A DNA stretch of 64,000 bases from Rhodothermales bacterium (lineage in GTDB: Bacteria; Bacteroidota; Rhodothermia; Rhodothermales; JAHQVL01): the NCBI GenBank assembly GCA_034439735.1, contig JAWXAX010000117.1, forward strand, positions 2,148-66,147, given 5' to 3'. This document shows, in pieces, positions 29,701-38,393 of the stretch (the stretch's first letter is position 1; every line of letters starts with the position of its first letter). Below the pieces are notes generated by a model. The model was given only the letters and a program-made list of their open reading frames with translations, had not been told where the DNA came from and did not search any database. Position numbers and translations under genes: made by a program.

Positions 29701-30098
29701 AATGCGAATCAGGAGTTGAAAAGGTAACCAACGGTCCCTCCTACTCGGTTCGTCATCCCCGACCCCGATCGGGAATCCATAGAAAAGTTGAGAATAGCTC
29801 ACTTGGTGTTCCTTGCTTGCAACTTCGCCATCTCGGATCGTCATTCCCGACCCCGATCGGGGATCCATTGAAGCATGAAAATGCAGCATATGCGTCATTA
29901 AGGGCGATAGTAGCACACCCGAAGTACCCGAAACGAAGCTTGAATAGGTTGGTGCTCCTGTTTTCCTTTAGCCCCCATGAGGCCCGGCTGAATCCGATCA
30001 GCCGCCTATGGATCCCCATCAAGTTGGGGAGGACGAGGAAAGGGGGAAAGCCAGTCAGATTTATTCATTTGATACGGCCTCAACTCCTGATTCGCATG
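29701..30098. mobile_element. MITE-like non-coding element with 19-bp terminal inverted repeats
   Basis: AATGCGAATCAGGAGTTGA (29701-29719) versus TCAACTCCTGATTCGCATG (30080-30098), 18/19 complementary. Inside are two 37-bp direct repeats, CTCGG(T/A)TCGTCAT(C/T)CCCGACCCCGATCGGG(A/G)ATCCAT, at 29744 and 29832. No ORF; AT-richer than the surroundings. Confidence 0.55.
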
Positions 30099-30111
30099 AT
30101 TAGTAAGTGAT

Positions 30112-30261
30112 GATGTTACGCAGCAAAGCACGCATGTCACGCTGAGCCTCGCGAAGCGTCTTTTTAAAACGCGATTCTGCGTTAAAAAACGCCATCGACG
30201 CGTCTTAGAAAGGTCCTTCACTGCGTTCAGGATGACCTTCGCGCTGTGTGCGCGTAACGTC
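30112..30261. mobile_element. Second palindromic (MITE/REP-like) element with ~50-bp imperfect inverted arms
   Basis: GATGTTACGC...GTCACGCTGAGCCTCGCGAAGCGTC (30136-30160) faces AGGTCCTTCACTGCGTTCAGGATGACC (30211-30237)...GCGTAACGTC. The ends match 8/9 and the inner motif 16/26. Confidence 0.45.
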
Positions 30262-30338
30262 AGTTAGTAATTAGCGATTGGCGATTGGCGAAGTAGATTC
30301 TTATTCTTGAAGATTGCTACACATAAAACCTTCGCCTC

Positions 30339-30962
30339 ATGCTTTCGACGTGCTACTCGTTTTCTCGCCTTTCCACCGCCTGTCTTCTGGCGCTGTGCCT
30401 CGCATCTGTCCCTGCCGTCCGCGCCCAGACCCTTCCTTCGCCCGACATCCAGATCGCCGGCGCCGTATCCCCGCTGCCGGAGAACCTCAAGGCGGGCGCC
30501 ACGGTCCTGGGGTACGACGCCTCAAAAGCCCTCGTTACCCTGCGCGAGGGCAATAATGAGATGATCTGCCTGGCGGACAATCCGTTTGACGACCGCTTCC
30601 AGGCCGCGTGTTACGCCGCCTCGCTCGAACCCTTCATGGCGCGCGGCCGGCAGTTGGTCGCCGAGGGGGCGGACCGCGGTGTCAGCCGCGACCTCCGTTT
30701 GAAAGAGATCGAAGCCGGCACCCTGAAGATGCCCGAGGCCCCCGCCGCCCTCTACCAGCTCTTCGGCCAGGCCGACAGCTTCAATCTCGCCACCGGCGAG
30801 CTGACCAACGTGCGGCCCCTCTACGTGATGTACATCCCCTACGCCACAACCGAAACGACCGGCCTCTCCACCGAGCCGCCGATGCCCGGGGCCCCCTGGC
30901 TTATGGACGCCGGCCTGCCCTGGGCCCACATTATGTATTCGCCCGCGCAGTCGGGGAATTGA
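30339..30962 (+). CDS. Hypothetical secreted protein
   Basis: Signal peptide LLALCLASVPAVRAQ; 207 aa; no recognisable motif. Confidence 0.55.
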   Translation: MLSTCYSFSRLSTACLLALCLASVPAVRAQTLPSPDIQIAGAVSPLPENLKAGATVLGYDASKALVTLREGNNEMICLADNPFDDRFQAACYAASLEPFMARGRQLVAEGADRGVSRDLRLKEIEAGTLKMPEAPAALYQLFGQADSFNLATGELTNVRPLYVMYIPYATTETTGLSTEPPMPGAPWLMDAGLPWAHIMYSPAQSGN

Positions 30963-30965
30963 AGT

Positions 30966-31122
30966 GCCATGCTGTCGGACGGACACGACGTGGTTGAGCG
31001 GCGCGCCATGCTGTCGGACGGACACGACGAGGTTGAGCGGCGCGCCATGCTGTCGGACGGACACGACGAGGTTGAGCGGCGCGCCATGCTGTCGGACGGA
31101 CACGATGTATCGTGTCCCTACG
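30966..31122. repeat. 39-bp tandem repeat (3 full copies plus a partial fourth) ending in a REP-like hairpin
   Basis: GCCATGCTGTCGGACGGACACGACG(A/T)GGTTGAGCGGCGC starts at 30966, 31005, 31044 and 31083. The fourth copy runs into GGACACGAT-GT-ATCGTGTCC-CTACG (31098-31122). Confidence 0.9.
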
Positions 31123-31178
31123 ACGGGCGACGCCATCATCGTTAATCGCTCATCGTTTAATCGCTACTCGCTAATCCC

Positions 31179-31940
31179 ATGCGTCCCTATGTGATCGCCG
31201 AGGCCACCTGGAAAACCGTCCGCGAAACCCCGTACGAGGTGATCGTGCTGCCCTGGGGCGCCACCGAGGCGCACAATTACCACCTTCCATACGCGACGGA
31301 CAACATCCAGAACGACGCCGTCGCGGCCGAGGCGGCGCGGCTGGCCTGGGAGCAGGGCGCGCGGGTCGGCGTGTTGCCGAATATCCCTTTCGGGGTAAAT
31401 ACCGGGCAGCTGGATATCAAGCTGGACATCAACATGAACCCCAGCACGCAGTTTTCCGTGCTGCGCGATGTGGTTGATGCATTGTCTCGGCAGGGCATCC
31501 CTAAACTGTTGGTACTCAACGGCCATGGAGGGAACGATTTCAAGCAGATGCTGCGCGAACTACAGCCGCAGTTCCCTGGGATTTTTCTGTGCACGTTGAA
31601 CTGGTACACGGCCGAGCCCTGGACGCCGTACTTCGAAGACATGGGCGACCACGCCGGCGAACTCGAGACGAGCGTGATGCTTCACCTCGTTCCGCACCTC
31701 GTACGCCCCCTCGCCGAAGCCGGCGACGGCGCCCAGCACCCTTTCAAGATCCGTGCGCTGCGCGAAAAGTGGGCCTGGGCGCAGCGGGACTGGCTGAAGG
31801 CCACCGACGACACGGGCGCCGGCAACCCCGCGAAGGCGACGACCGAGAAAGGGGCGGCGTATTTCAAGGCCGCCACGGAGCGTATCGCGGGATTTCTGGT
31901 GGAGTTGGCGGAGGCGGATCCGGCGGATATGTATGAGTGA
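31179..31940 (+). CDS. Creatininase-family amidohydrolase
   Basis: VIVLPWGATEAHNYHLPYATD and LLVLNGHGGN metal-ligand motifs; HAGELETS. Confidence 0.82.
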   Translation: MRPYVIAEATWKTVRETPYEVIVLPWGATEAHNYHLPYATDNIQNDAVAAEAARLAWEQGARVGVLPNIPFGVNTGQLDIKLDINMNPSTQFSVLRDVVDALSRQGIPKLLVLNGHGGNDFKQMLRELQPQFPGIFLCTLNWYTAEPWTPYFEDMGDHAGELETSVMLHLVPHLVRPLAEAGDGAQHPFKIRALREKWAWAQRDWLKATDDTGAGNPAKATTEKGAAYFKAATERIAGFLVELAEADPADMYE

Positions 31941-32063
31941 CGTTACACGATAGTACGTTGCACGTTATGCGTTCGGCCTGAAAAGGCGCTAAGTTGCCTG
32001 AAAACGGAGGCGGTACTTTCAGATACACAACGAAAAAACGTTCAACGCGAAACGTCACATCGT

Positions 32064-32831
32064 ATGAATCCATCCAAGCGGACGTTTTTTATCACGGGAG
32101 GAGGCTCGGGCCTCGGGGCGGCGACGGCGGAGGTGTTGGTCGAGGCCGGCGCGAACGTCGTTCTGGCGGACATCAACCCGAACGCCGGCGTCGAGGCCGA
32201 GGCGCGGTTGGGGGCGCAGGCGTTGTTCGTCCGAACCGATGTAGCGGATGAAGCCAGCGTCCAGGCGGCCATCGCGGCGGGCATCGCCCGGTTTGGCGGG
32301 CTTCATGGCACGGTGAATTGCGCCGGCGTCGCCATCGCCCAGAAGACCCTAGGGAAAGACGGTCCACACGACCTCGCCTCGTTCACGCGCGTCATCCAGG
32401 TCAATCTGATCGGGACGTTTAACGTGATTCGGCTGACGGCTGCCGTCATGGCCAGCAACGAGCCCAACGAGGAGGGTGAGCGCGGGGTGATCGTCAACAC
32501 CGCCTCCGTCGCCGCGTTCGATGGGCAGATGGGGCAGGTGGCCTACTCGGCGTCCAAGGGGGGCATCGTGGGGATGACGCTGCCGATCGCGCGCGATCTG
32601 GCGCGGAGCGGAATCCGGGTAATGACCATCGCGCCAGGGTTGTTCGACACCCCGTTGCTGGCCGGCCTCCCCGAAAAAGCGCGGCAGTCGCTCGGTGAAC
32701 AGGTGCCGTTTCCCTCGCGTCTCGGCCGGCCCATTGAATACGGCCGGCTGGCGCGGCACATCATCGAAAACCCGATGCTGAATGGCGAAGTGATCCGCCT
32801 CGACGGCGCGATCCGGATGGCGCCCCGGTGA
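32064..32831 (+). CDS. Short-chain dehydrogenase, 3-hydroxyacyl-CoA dehydrogenase type-2-like
   Basis: TGGGSGLG cofactor motif, [19 protein letters not shown] catalytic Yxxx[12 protein letters not shown]. Confidence 0.82.
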   Translation: MNPSKRTFFITGGGSGLGAATAEVLVEAGANVVLADINPNAGVEAEARLGAQALFVRTDVADEASVQAAIAAGIARFGGLHGTVNCAGVAIAQKTLGKDGPHDLASFTRVIQVNLIGTFNVIRLTAAVMASNEPNEEGERGVIVNTASVAAFDGQMGQVAYSASKGGIVGMTLPIARDLARSGIRVMTIAPGLFDTPLLAGLPEKARQSLGEQVPFPSRLGRPIEYGRLARHIIENPMLNGEVIRLDGAIRMAPR

Positions 32832-32835
32832 GCCT

Positions 32836-33573
32836 CTATCGCCCCTGGGGCATCGAGACATGCAGATGGTCCGCCGTGCCTACGTGGCGGAGTGTGTTGA
32901 AGCCCATGGCCCAGAAATAAAGCCGTACCAGCCCGTTTCGGATCTCCGATCTCCCCGTGGTGCGGATGTCCACAGCCTTCACGTAGCCGCCTGGCTGTTT
33001 ATAATGGAGCGACTGTTCGCGGACCGGCAGCCCCATCTTCTTGTAGTCTGCCGGCGTCCGTCCGGCGTCGGTCACCACCAGATCCCGGTTCACGAGCACC
33101 AGCGTGCTGGTGGCCACTCGAAGGATAGGGTGGAGCGATCGATAGGTGGCGCGGACGGCCTCTGACTTCACATTGGAGCTCGAGATATACATGATCGAGT
33201 AGCCGCTGTACAGGACGACGATGAGGAGCATCGTCTTAAACATCCGGCCCGACAACTGCCAGGTCCCGAACCACCGCCGGCGCAGGTAGGCCGTATACCC
33301 CACGAGGACGATGCCTGTGACGACGATCCCGCAGGCGAGGGCGACCCACGTGTTCATCTGCTGCTCGAGATAGAGGTACAGGGAGGTACGGACCAGCAGG
33401 ATAAACGGCATGGCCACGACAAAAAAAACGGCGGCCATTCCGCCGAAGAATCGGCTAGACCAACTTCGGTGGCGACGGCGAGTGGGTTCGGTAGCGGTTT
33501 CGGGCATGGCGCTGGATGAAGGATGGCAGGCTCTCGTCGTCTTGTGTTCGGCGTCGGGCGCGTGAGGTTGCAC
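32836..33573 (-). CDS. Hypothetical membrane protein with C-terminal soluble domain
   Basis: Three TM helices (AAVFFVVAMPFILLV, VALACGIVVTGIVLVGY, MLLIVVLYSGYSIMY). C-terminal domain ends GTADHLHVSMP; its function is not recognisable. Confidence 0.5.
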   Translation of the reverse strand: MQPHAPDAEHKTTRACHPSSSAMPETATEPTRRRHRSWSSRFFGGMAAVFFVVAMPFILLVRTSLYLYLEQQMNTWVALACGIVVTGIVLVGYTAYLRRRWFGTWQLSGRMFKTMLLIVVLYSGYSIMYISSSNVKSEAVRATYRSLHPILRVATSTLVLVNRDLVVTDAGRTPADYKKMGLPVREQSLHYKQPGGYVKAVDIRTTGRSEIRNGLVRLYFWAMGFNTLRHVGTADHLHVSMPQGR

Positions 33574-33679
33574 CGGTCCCGTCGCTGATTGACCCGCGGA
33601 ACATCAACGGCCTTCGGACTGTCGCTTCTTGAGATGCTCCACTACGCCGGCCTGCTCGTTCCGTTCTACCCCCCGCCTT

Positions 33680-34171
33680 ATGTTTTTCCGACTGCTCCTA
33701 CTTTTTATCGTGCTCCCCATCGTGGAGCTTGCCCTGCTGATTGAACTCGGCCGGCGGATCGGCTTCTGGCCGACCATGGGAATCGTCGTAGTGACGGGGA
33801 TCCTGGGCAGTACGCTGGCGCGCCGGCAGGGCCTGGCCGTGTGGCGGCAATTCAACCAGCGGCTGCAGCAGGGACAACTGCCCGGGACGGAGCTTGTCGA
33901 TGGTATCATCATCCTCCTCTCCGCCACGTTCTTACTCACGCCCGGCATCATCACCGATGTCCTTGGCTTGATCGGACTCCTTCCGTTTTCTCGTGCGCTG
34001 ATCCGGCGGGGCGTGCTGGGGTATCTGGGGCGCCGGCAGGCGTCCGGTGCGCTCCGCTTTCATGTCGATATTCAGGGCGCCGCCTTTCGCCGCCCTCCCG
34101 AACCACCCTCCGCGCCGGATGTACTCGAATGGCAGGGCACCCCGCGCGAACGGCCGAGCAGTACTGAATAA
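33680..34171 (+). CDS. fxsA: FxsA-family cytoplasmic membrane protein
   Basis: MFFRLLLLFIVLPIVELALLIELGRRIGFWPT and LLLTPGIITDVLGLIGLLP signatures. Confidence 0.82.
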   Translation: MFFRLLLLFIVLPIVELALLIELGRRIGFWPTMGIVVVTGILGSTLARRQGLAVWRQFNQRLQQGQLPGTELVDGIIILLSATFLLTPGIITDVLGLIGLLPFSRALIRRGVLGYLGRRQASGALRFHVDIQGAAFRRPPEPPSAPDVLEWQGTPRERPSSTE

Positions 34172-34201
34172 TGTGTGGGTAGGCACTCGCCGGGATCCCC
34201 C

Positions 34202-34918
34202 TCAGCTATTTACAAACGAATACTCTTCGCCGTTCGGCGATACATGAAAGCTGCGGAAGCCGGCGCCGTTGAGCGCCAGCACGGCCCGCCGCGTTCGCTC
34301 GGGATGCAGGCCATCGAACCGGTGATGAAATTCCACCAGCAGCTGTCCGATAGGTATACGCGCCGCGATCAGGTCGCCGATAACGTCGTATTCCGCCCCT
34401 TCGATGTCAAGTTTCAGCAGATCGATGCGGTCGTGCCCGAGCATCTGCATGAGGGTCGTCAGCCGTCGCACGGGCACTTCGATAGCCTGGTCGGTGGTAT
34501 GGCTGGCCTGTAGGACCGAGTGGGAGATCCACTCCGGATTTTTGTGCGCAAAAAAGGCCGTCGTTCCATCCTGATTGCCCAGGGCGTAGGGATGGAAGAT
34601 AAACGCCGCCGGCAGGTGCTGGCGGGCCAACCAGTCGCGCGAGGCCGGGGTGGGGTCGAAGGCATGCACCACGGCGCCGATTCGCTCGATGAGCGCCAGA
34701 TCAAACGAGATATCGTCCCCGACGCCAACGGAATAGATGACGCTGTCGCGCTTCAAGGTGCCCACGAAGGTGGCCCAAGCGCCGTAGTTCGAGCCCGGCC
34801 GGCCCCCGAGATGCGTCACAGGCCGCCGCACCTGGGTCGTATGGAAGTAGTCTTTTCCGACGGCCGACTTCAGCATCCAGCGACCACGGCGGAGTATGTT
34901 CTTGATGGATTCGCGCAT
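34202..34918 (-). CDS. FkbM-family SAM-dependent methyltransferase
   Basis: VIYSVGVGDDISFD, HAFDPTP, IDLLKLDIEGAEYDV motifs. Confidence 0.78.
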   Translation of the reverse strand: MRESIKNILRRGRWMLKSAVGKDYFHTTQVRRPVTHLGGRPGSNYGAWATFVGTLKRDSVIYSVGVGDDISFDLALIERIGAVVHAFDPTPASRDWLARQHLPAAFIFHPYALGNQDGTTAFFAHKNPEWISHSVLQASHTTDQAIEVPVRRLTTLMQMLGHDRIDLLKLDIEGAEYDVIGDLIAARIPIGQLLVEFHHRFDGLHPERTRRAVLALNGAGFRSFHVSPNGEEYSFVNS

Positions 34919-35223
34919 ACACGGTGGGAAGGATTCACGTCCACACGGCCGGCCTCAACGGCTCGCAGCGACCTGCGGAGAAGCGCCGCAATGTACGGCT
35001 CGCGGGCATTGGATGCACACCTGCCGACGTCGGGTAGATATTATCCCGCCACGTTACGCTACTACCGACCGCTTGCGCTAAAAACCCGGCCCATCCCACA
35101 TTTTGCCCCTGTCGTGTCGGTATTCTCCCTGGCACACCTCTTGTCTATCGACGAATCGACCCCTAGAGATCCTCCGGCTCTGCCCCCCAGATCCGGCCCC
35201 CCCGATAAGTCAGGAGACGCTCT

Positions 35224-36642
35224 ATGAAAAAGCCTTCCCTTTCCTCCCGCTGGCTCGGAATCATGATTCTCGGCCTGCTCTTTTTCAGCCCCTCGCTGCT
35301 TCAGGGGTGCGACGCCATGATTGGTGACGACCCCAATGGCACCGAGCCGGACGCCCTGGTAGCGTCCGTACCCGTCGAAGGAGATGGGCTGCGTCACGCC
35401 CATCTACTGGATAAAGCGCGTACGAAAGCCACCGGCGCTGGCAAGGTGGCCGGCGAAGCCACCCTCAACCTGGTGCTGGGCATGGCCACCTACGAGGCGA
35501 ACGGCATCACGCCTCGCATTGTGAATAAGTTCGACGTCACGAACCGTCTCTTAAACAAGTTTGGCGAAGGGATCACGATTAAGTCCGAGATATCCACCGC
35601 GCTCGACGCCCTGACGCTGACGCTGAACGAAAGCCAGCTGGACTCGCTACTGGCCCTGATCGAAAGCGACCCCGACCTCTCGTGGCTGGAACCGGATCCC
35701 CTGCTTGGCAACGAGCTGGCTGAAGGCACGACGGCGCGCGTGAAACGCCGGCAGAACGCCTCGTGGAGCATCGCCCACATCGGCGCTGAGAAGGCGCCGG
35801 TGCCGCTGGACGCCAGCCGGCTCCGCGTGTATGTCGTGGATACCGGCGTCAACCCGATCAGCGACCTGAACCTCGTGGGCTCAGTCGACTTCACCCCGTA
35901 CATGGAGCTCCGCGTGCCGGGGGTCGATGGATTCGAGGGGATGCGGACGATGAACCCGAACCGGGACCGGCCCGATAGCCTGGGCCACGGCACGCACATC
36001 GCCGGCATCATCGGTGCATTGAATAACGATGGGGGCGTCCTCGGCGTCTTCCCGGGCGTGGCGATTTCCAGCATCAAAGTGATGAACAGCGCCGGCGTGA
36101 CGGACATGACCGTGCTCCTGAAGGCCGTGGATTACATCATGGAGGAGAAACTGGCCAACCCGGACCTCCAGATCGTCGTGAACATGAGCCTCGGGGCGGA
36201 CCTCGAGTCCCGCGAGATGAGCGCGCTCGACATGGCGATCCGCAAATCGATCGGCATCGGCATCGTGTACGTGACGGCCGCCGGCAACGACGGGCGGGAC
36301 GCGATCACGTATTCGCCGGCGCACGTCCCCGAGGCCATCACGGTGGGCGCCTACGACCAGAGTGACCGGTTCGCCGCCTATTCCAACTACGGTTCGACGA
36401 TCGACCTGCTGGCGCCCGGTACCGATATCCTCTCGCTCTCCGCCTTTGGCAGCGACGTGCTGATGCTCTCGAGCGGCACGTCGATGGCCGCTCCGCATGT
36501 GGCCGCCATGGCGGCCCGCTACCTGACGCTGAATCCCGGCCAGTCGGCCGCCCAGGTCCAGACGGAACTGATGAGCCGCGCCACGTACGGCATCCTGAGC
36601 GTGCCGGCCGGCACGACGGGCGCGGCTGTATCGGCCAGGTGA
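35224..36642 (+). CDS. S8 subtilisin-family protease, lipoprotein (paralogue 1)
   Basis: Lipobox SLLQGC; triad VYVVDTGV / GHGTHIAGIIGA / GTSMAAPHVAAMAA; I9-like propeptide ...LTLNESQLDSLLALIESDPDLSWLEPD. Confidence 0.88.
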   Translation: MKKPSLSSRWLGIMILGLLFFSPSLLQGCDAMIGDDPNGTEPDALVASVPVEGDGLRHAHLLDKARTKATGAGKVAGEATLNLVLGMATYEANGITPRIVNKFDVTNRLLNKFGEGITIKSEISTALDALTLTLNESQLDSLLALIESDPDLSWLEPDPLLGNELAEGTTARVKRRQNASWSIAHIGAEKAPVPLDASRLRVYVVDTGVNPISDLNLVGSVDFTPYMELRVPGVDGFEGMRTMNPNRDRPDSLGHGTHIAGIIGALNNDGGVLGVFPGVAISSIKVMNSAGVTDMTVLLKAVDYIMEEKLANPDLQIVVNMSLGADLESREMSALDMAIRKSIGIGIVYVTAAGNDGRDAITYSPAHVPEAITVGAYDQSDRFAAYSNYGSTIDLLAPGTDILSLSAFGSDVLMLSSGTSMAAPHVAAMAARYLTLNPGQSAAQVQTELMSRATYGILSVPAGTTGAAVSAR

Positions 36643-36670
36643 CACACCCCCCTAACCCCCCTGAAATACA

Positions 36671-38245
36671 ATGACTTCCCCCCATACACCCAGAAGATGG
36701 TACATGGCTGCCATCATCGCCGCCCTCTTCCTCAGCCCCGCCATCCTGCAGGGCTGCGAGATGGTCGGCGCGAACGATCCGGCGGAGACGCTGACCGATT
36801 CCTCCTCGCCCATGGCTGCCCCGACGAGCGAGATCTATCCTAAACTTCGGCATCCACAACTGCTTGATGACGCACGCCGTGCAGGGTCTGGCGCCGCAGG
36901 TAAGCTGGAGGGCGAATCCGTAAACCTTGTCCTTGGCCTTGCCATGTACGAGGCAGACGGCGTTACGCGCCGTCTGTTGGATCGGTACGGGATCACCTCG
37001 AGACTGCTGAACCGGTATGGCGACCTGATCCGGATCAAGGTTTCCGTGGATACGATCACGGATGCCCTCACGGTCTCGATCGACGGATCGATCTACGACA
37101 CCTTCCTCACGGATATGGAGAGCGACCCGGATATCGCGTGGGTCGAACCCGACTTCGTGATTAACACCAGCGAACTGGGCACTACCTCGGGCGCCAAATA
37201 CGACAAACAAATCACCCCATGGGGCATTAGCCGGGTAGCCGCGTTGACGAACGAAACGTTTTCCGAGTCGTTTTTGATGGACTACCTCGTCGAAGAGCCT
37301 GTTTCGGTGTATATCCTAGATTCGGGTGTACTGAGCGCTCCGTTCATCAACGACCTGGCCGTGGTTGAGCAGAAGGACTTCACCATGTTGTTCGCCAACC
37401 GCGATCAGCAGTACTGGGACGATGATGAGGCGACTACGGGGACCGGCTTCGACCCGGGGACGTCCGGCAATCCGGCGGATGAGTCGGGTCACGGGACGCA
37501 CATCGCCGGCGTAGTAGGCGCTATGAAGAACATCCACGGCGTCGTGGGCGTGGCGCCGATGGCTCGCATTCATAGTCTGAAAGTGCTGACGGCCGAAGGG
37601 CAAACCGACGTCACCACGATGCTGGCGGCGGTCGAGTATGTCACCCGTGCCAAACTGGCGTCGCCTTCGACCCCAATGGTCGTCAACATCAGCCTCGGCA
37701 TGGACATCGGCACGAAGGCGTACAACGTGCTGGACGAGGCGATCGCGGCGTCTATCCGGGCCGGCATCGTCTATGTCGTCTCCGCCGGCAACAGCGGCAA
37801 GGATGCTTCGACGTTCTCGCCGGCTCACGTGAGCGGTGCGATCACGGTCGGCTCGTACAACGTCTACAACCAGTTCTCGCGGTTCTCCAACCATGGGGCC
37901 GGCGTAGACGTTCTGGCGCCGGGCGAGGAAATCATCTCCCTGACCCATCGGGTGGATGAGATCTACGCCTACGAAAGCATCCTCGCCAGCGGCACGTCGT
38001 TCGCCGCGCCCCACGTAACGGGCGCCGTGGTGCGCTACCTGGGCAGCAATCCATCGGCCTCGCCGGAGGCCGTGGCAAAGTACCTGGTTAGGAACGGCAA
38101 GTCGGTGATATCCGGCCAGCCGACAGGTACGACGAATAAATCCGTCAGCCTGGAGAAGCTGCTCGGCACCTCGTCAACGACCGCGCCGGCTACGAGTTCG
38201 ACGTCCACGACCACGAAAAGCACTTCGACAAAGTTAGCACAATAA
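36671..38245 (+). CDS. S8 subtilisin-family protease, lipoprotein (paralogue 2) with Ser/Thr-rich tail
   Basis: Lipobox AILQGC; triad VYILDSGV / GHGTHIAGVVGA / GTSFAAPHVTGAVV. N-region is collinear with paralogue 1. Tail is TSSTTAPATSSTSTTTKSTSTK. Confidence 0.88.
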   Translation: MTSPHTPRRWYMAAIIAALFLSPAILQGCEMVGANDPAETLTDSSSPMAAPTSEIYPKLRHPQLLDDARRAGSGAAGKLEGESVNLVLGLAMYEADGVTRRLLDRYGITSRLLNRYGDLIRIKVSVDTITDALTVSIDGSIYDTFLTDMESDPDIAWVEPDFVINTSELGTTSGAKYDKQITPWGISRVAALTNETFSESFLMDYLVEEPVSVYILDSGVLSAPFINDLAVVEQKDFTMLFANRDQQYWDDDEATTGTGFDPGTSGNPADESGHGTHIAGVVGAMKNIHGVVGVAPMARIHSLKVLTAEGQTDVTTMLAAVEYVTRAKLASPSTPMVVNISLGMDIGTKAYNVLDEAIAASIRAGIVYVVSAGNSGKDASTFSPAHVSGAITVGSYNVYNQFSRFSNHGAGVDVLAPGEEIISLTHRVDEIYAYESILASGTSFAAPHVTGAVVRYLGSNPSASPEAVAKYLVRNGKSVISGQPTGTTNKSVSLEKLLGTSSTTAPATSSTSTTTKSTSTKLAQ

Positions 38246-38301
38246 CCCCTTCGTCGCCGATCTGAACTCCATCCCAACCGGCGGCGATGCCGACCCATGG
38301 C

Positions 38302-38338
38302 AAACGAAACCAGGCCGAAAGGCCTGGTTTCGTTTTAT
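38302..38338 (+). terminator. Rho-independent terminator after the protease pair
   Basis: AAACGAAACCAGGCC-GAAA-GGCCTGGTTTCGTTT (perfect 15-bp stem) followed by TATT. Confidence 0.8.
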
Positions 38339-38393
38339 TCGGGGGTGAGCAGGATGGCCATCACCCGTTAAGCTTTGCCCCGGCCGGCCGATC

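Noticed and set aside
29744-29868. Two 37-bp repeats with a CCCCGATCGGGG hairpin core, superficially like type I CRISPR repeats
   Set aside because: Only two copies exist, with 4 mismatches, and the 51-bp interval is long for a spacer. No cas genes lie anywhere in the window. The pair also sits inside a unit bounded by terminal inverted repeats. I interpret them as internal repeats of a MITE-like element.
30966-31122. 39-bp repeat array considered as a CRISPR array (likewise the 36-bp array at 57917-58060)
   Set aside because: The copies are directly adjacent with no unique spacers, so these are plain tandem repeats.
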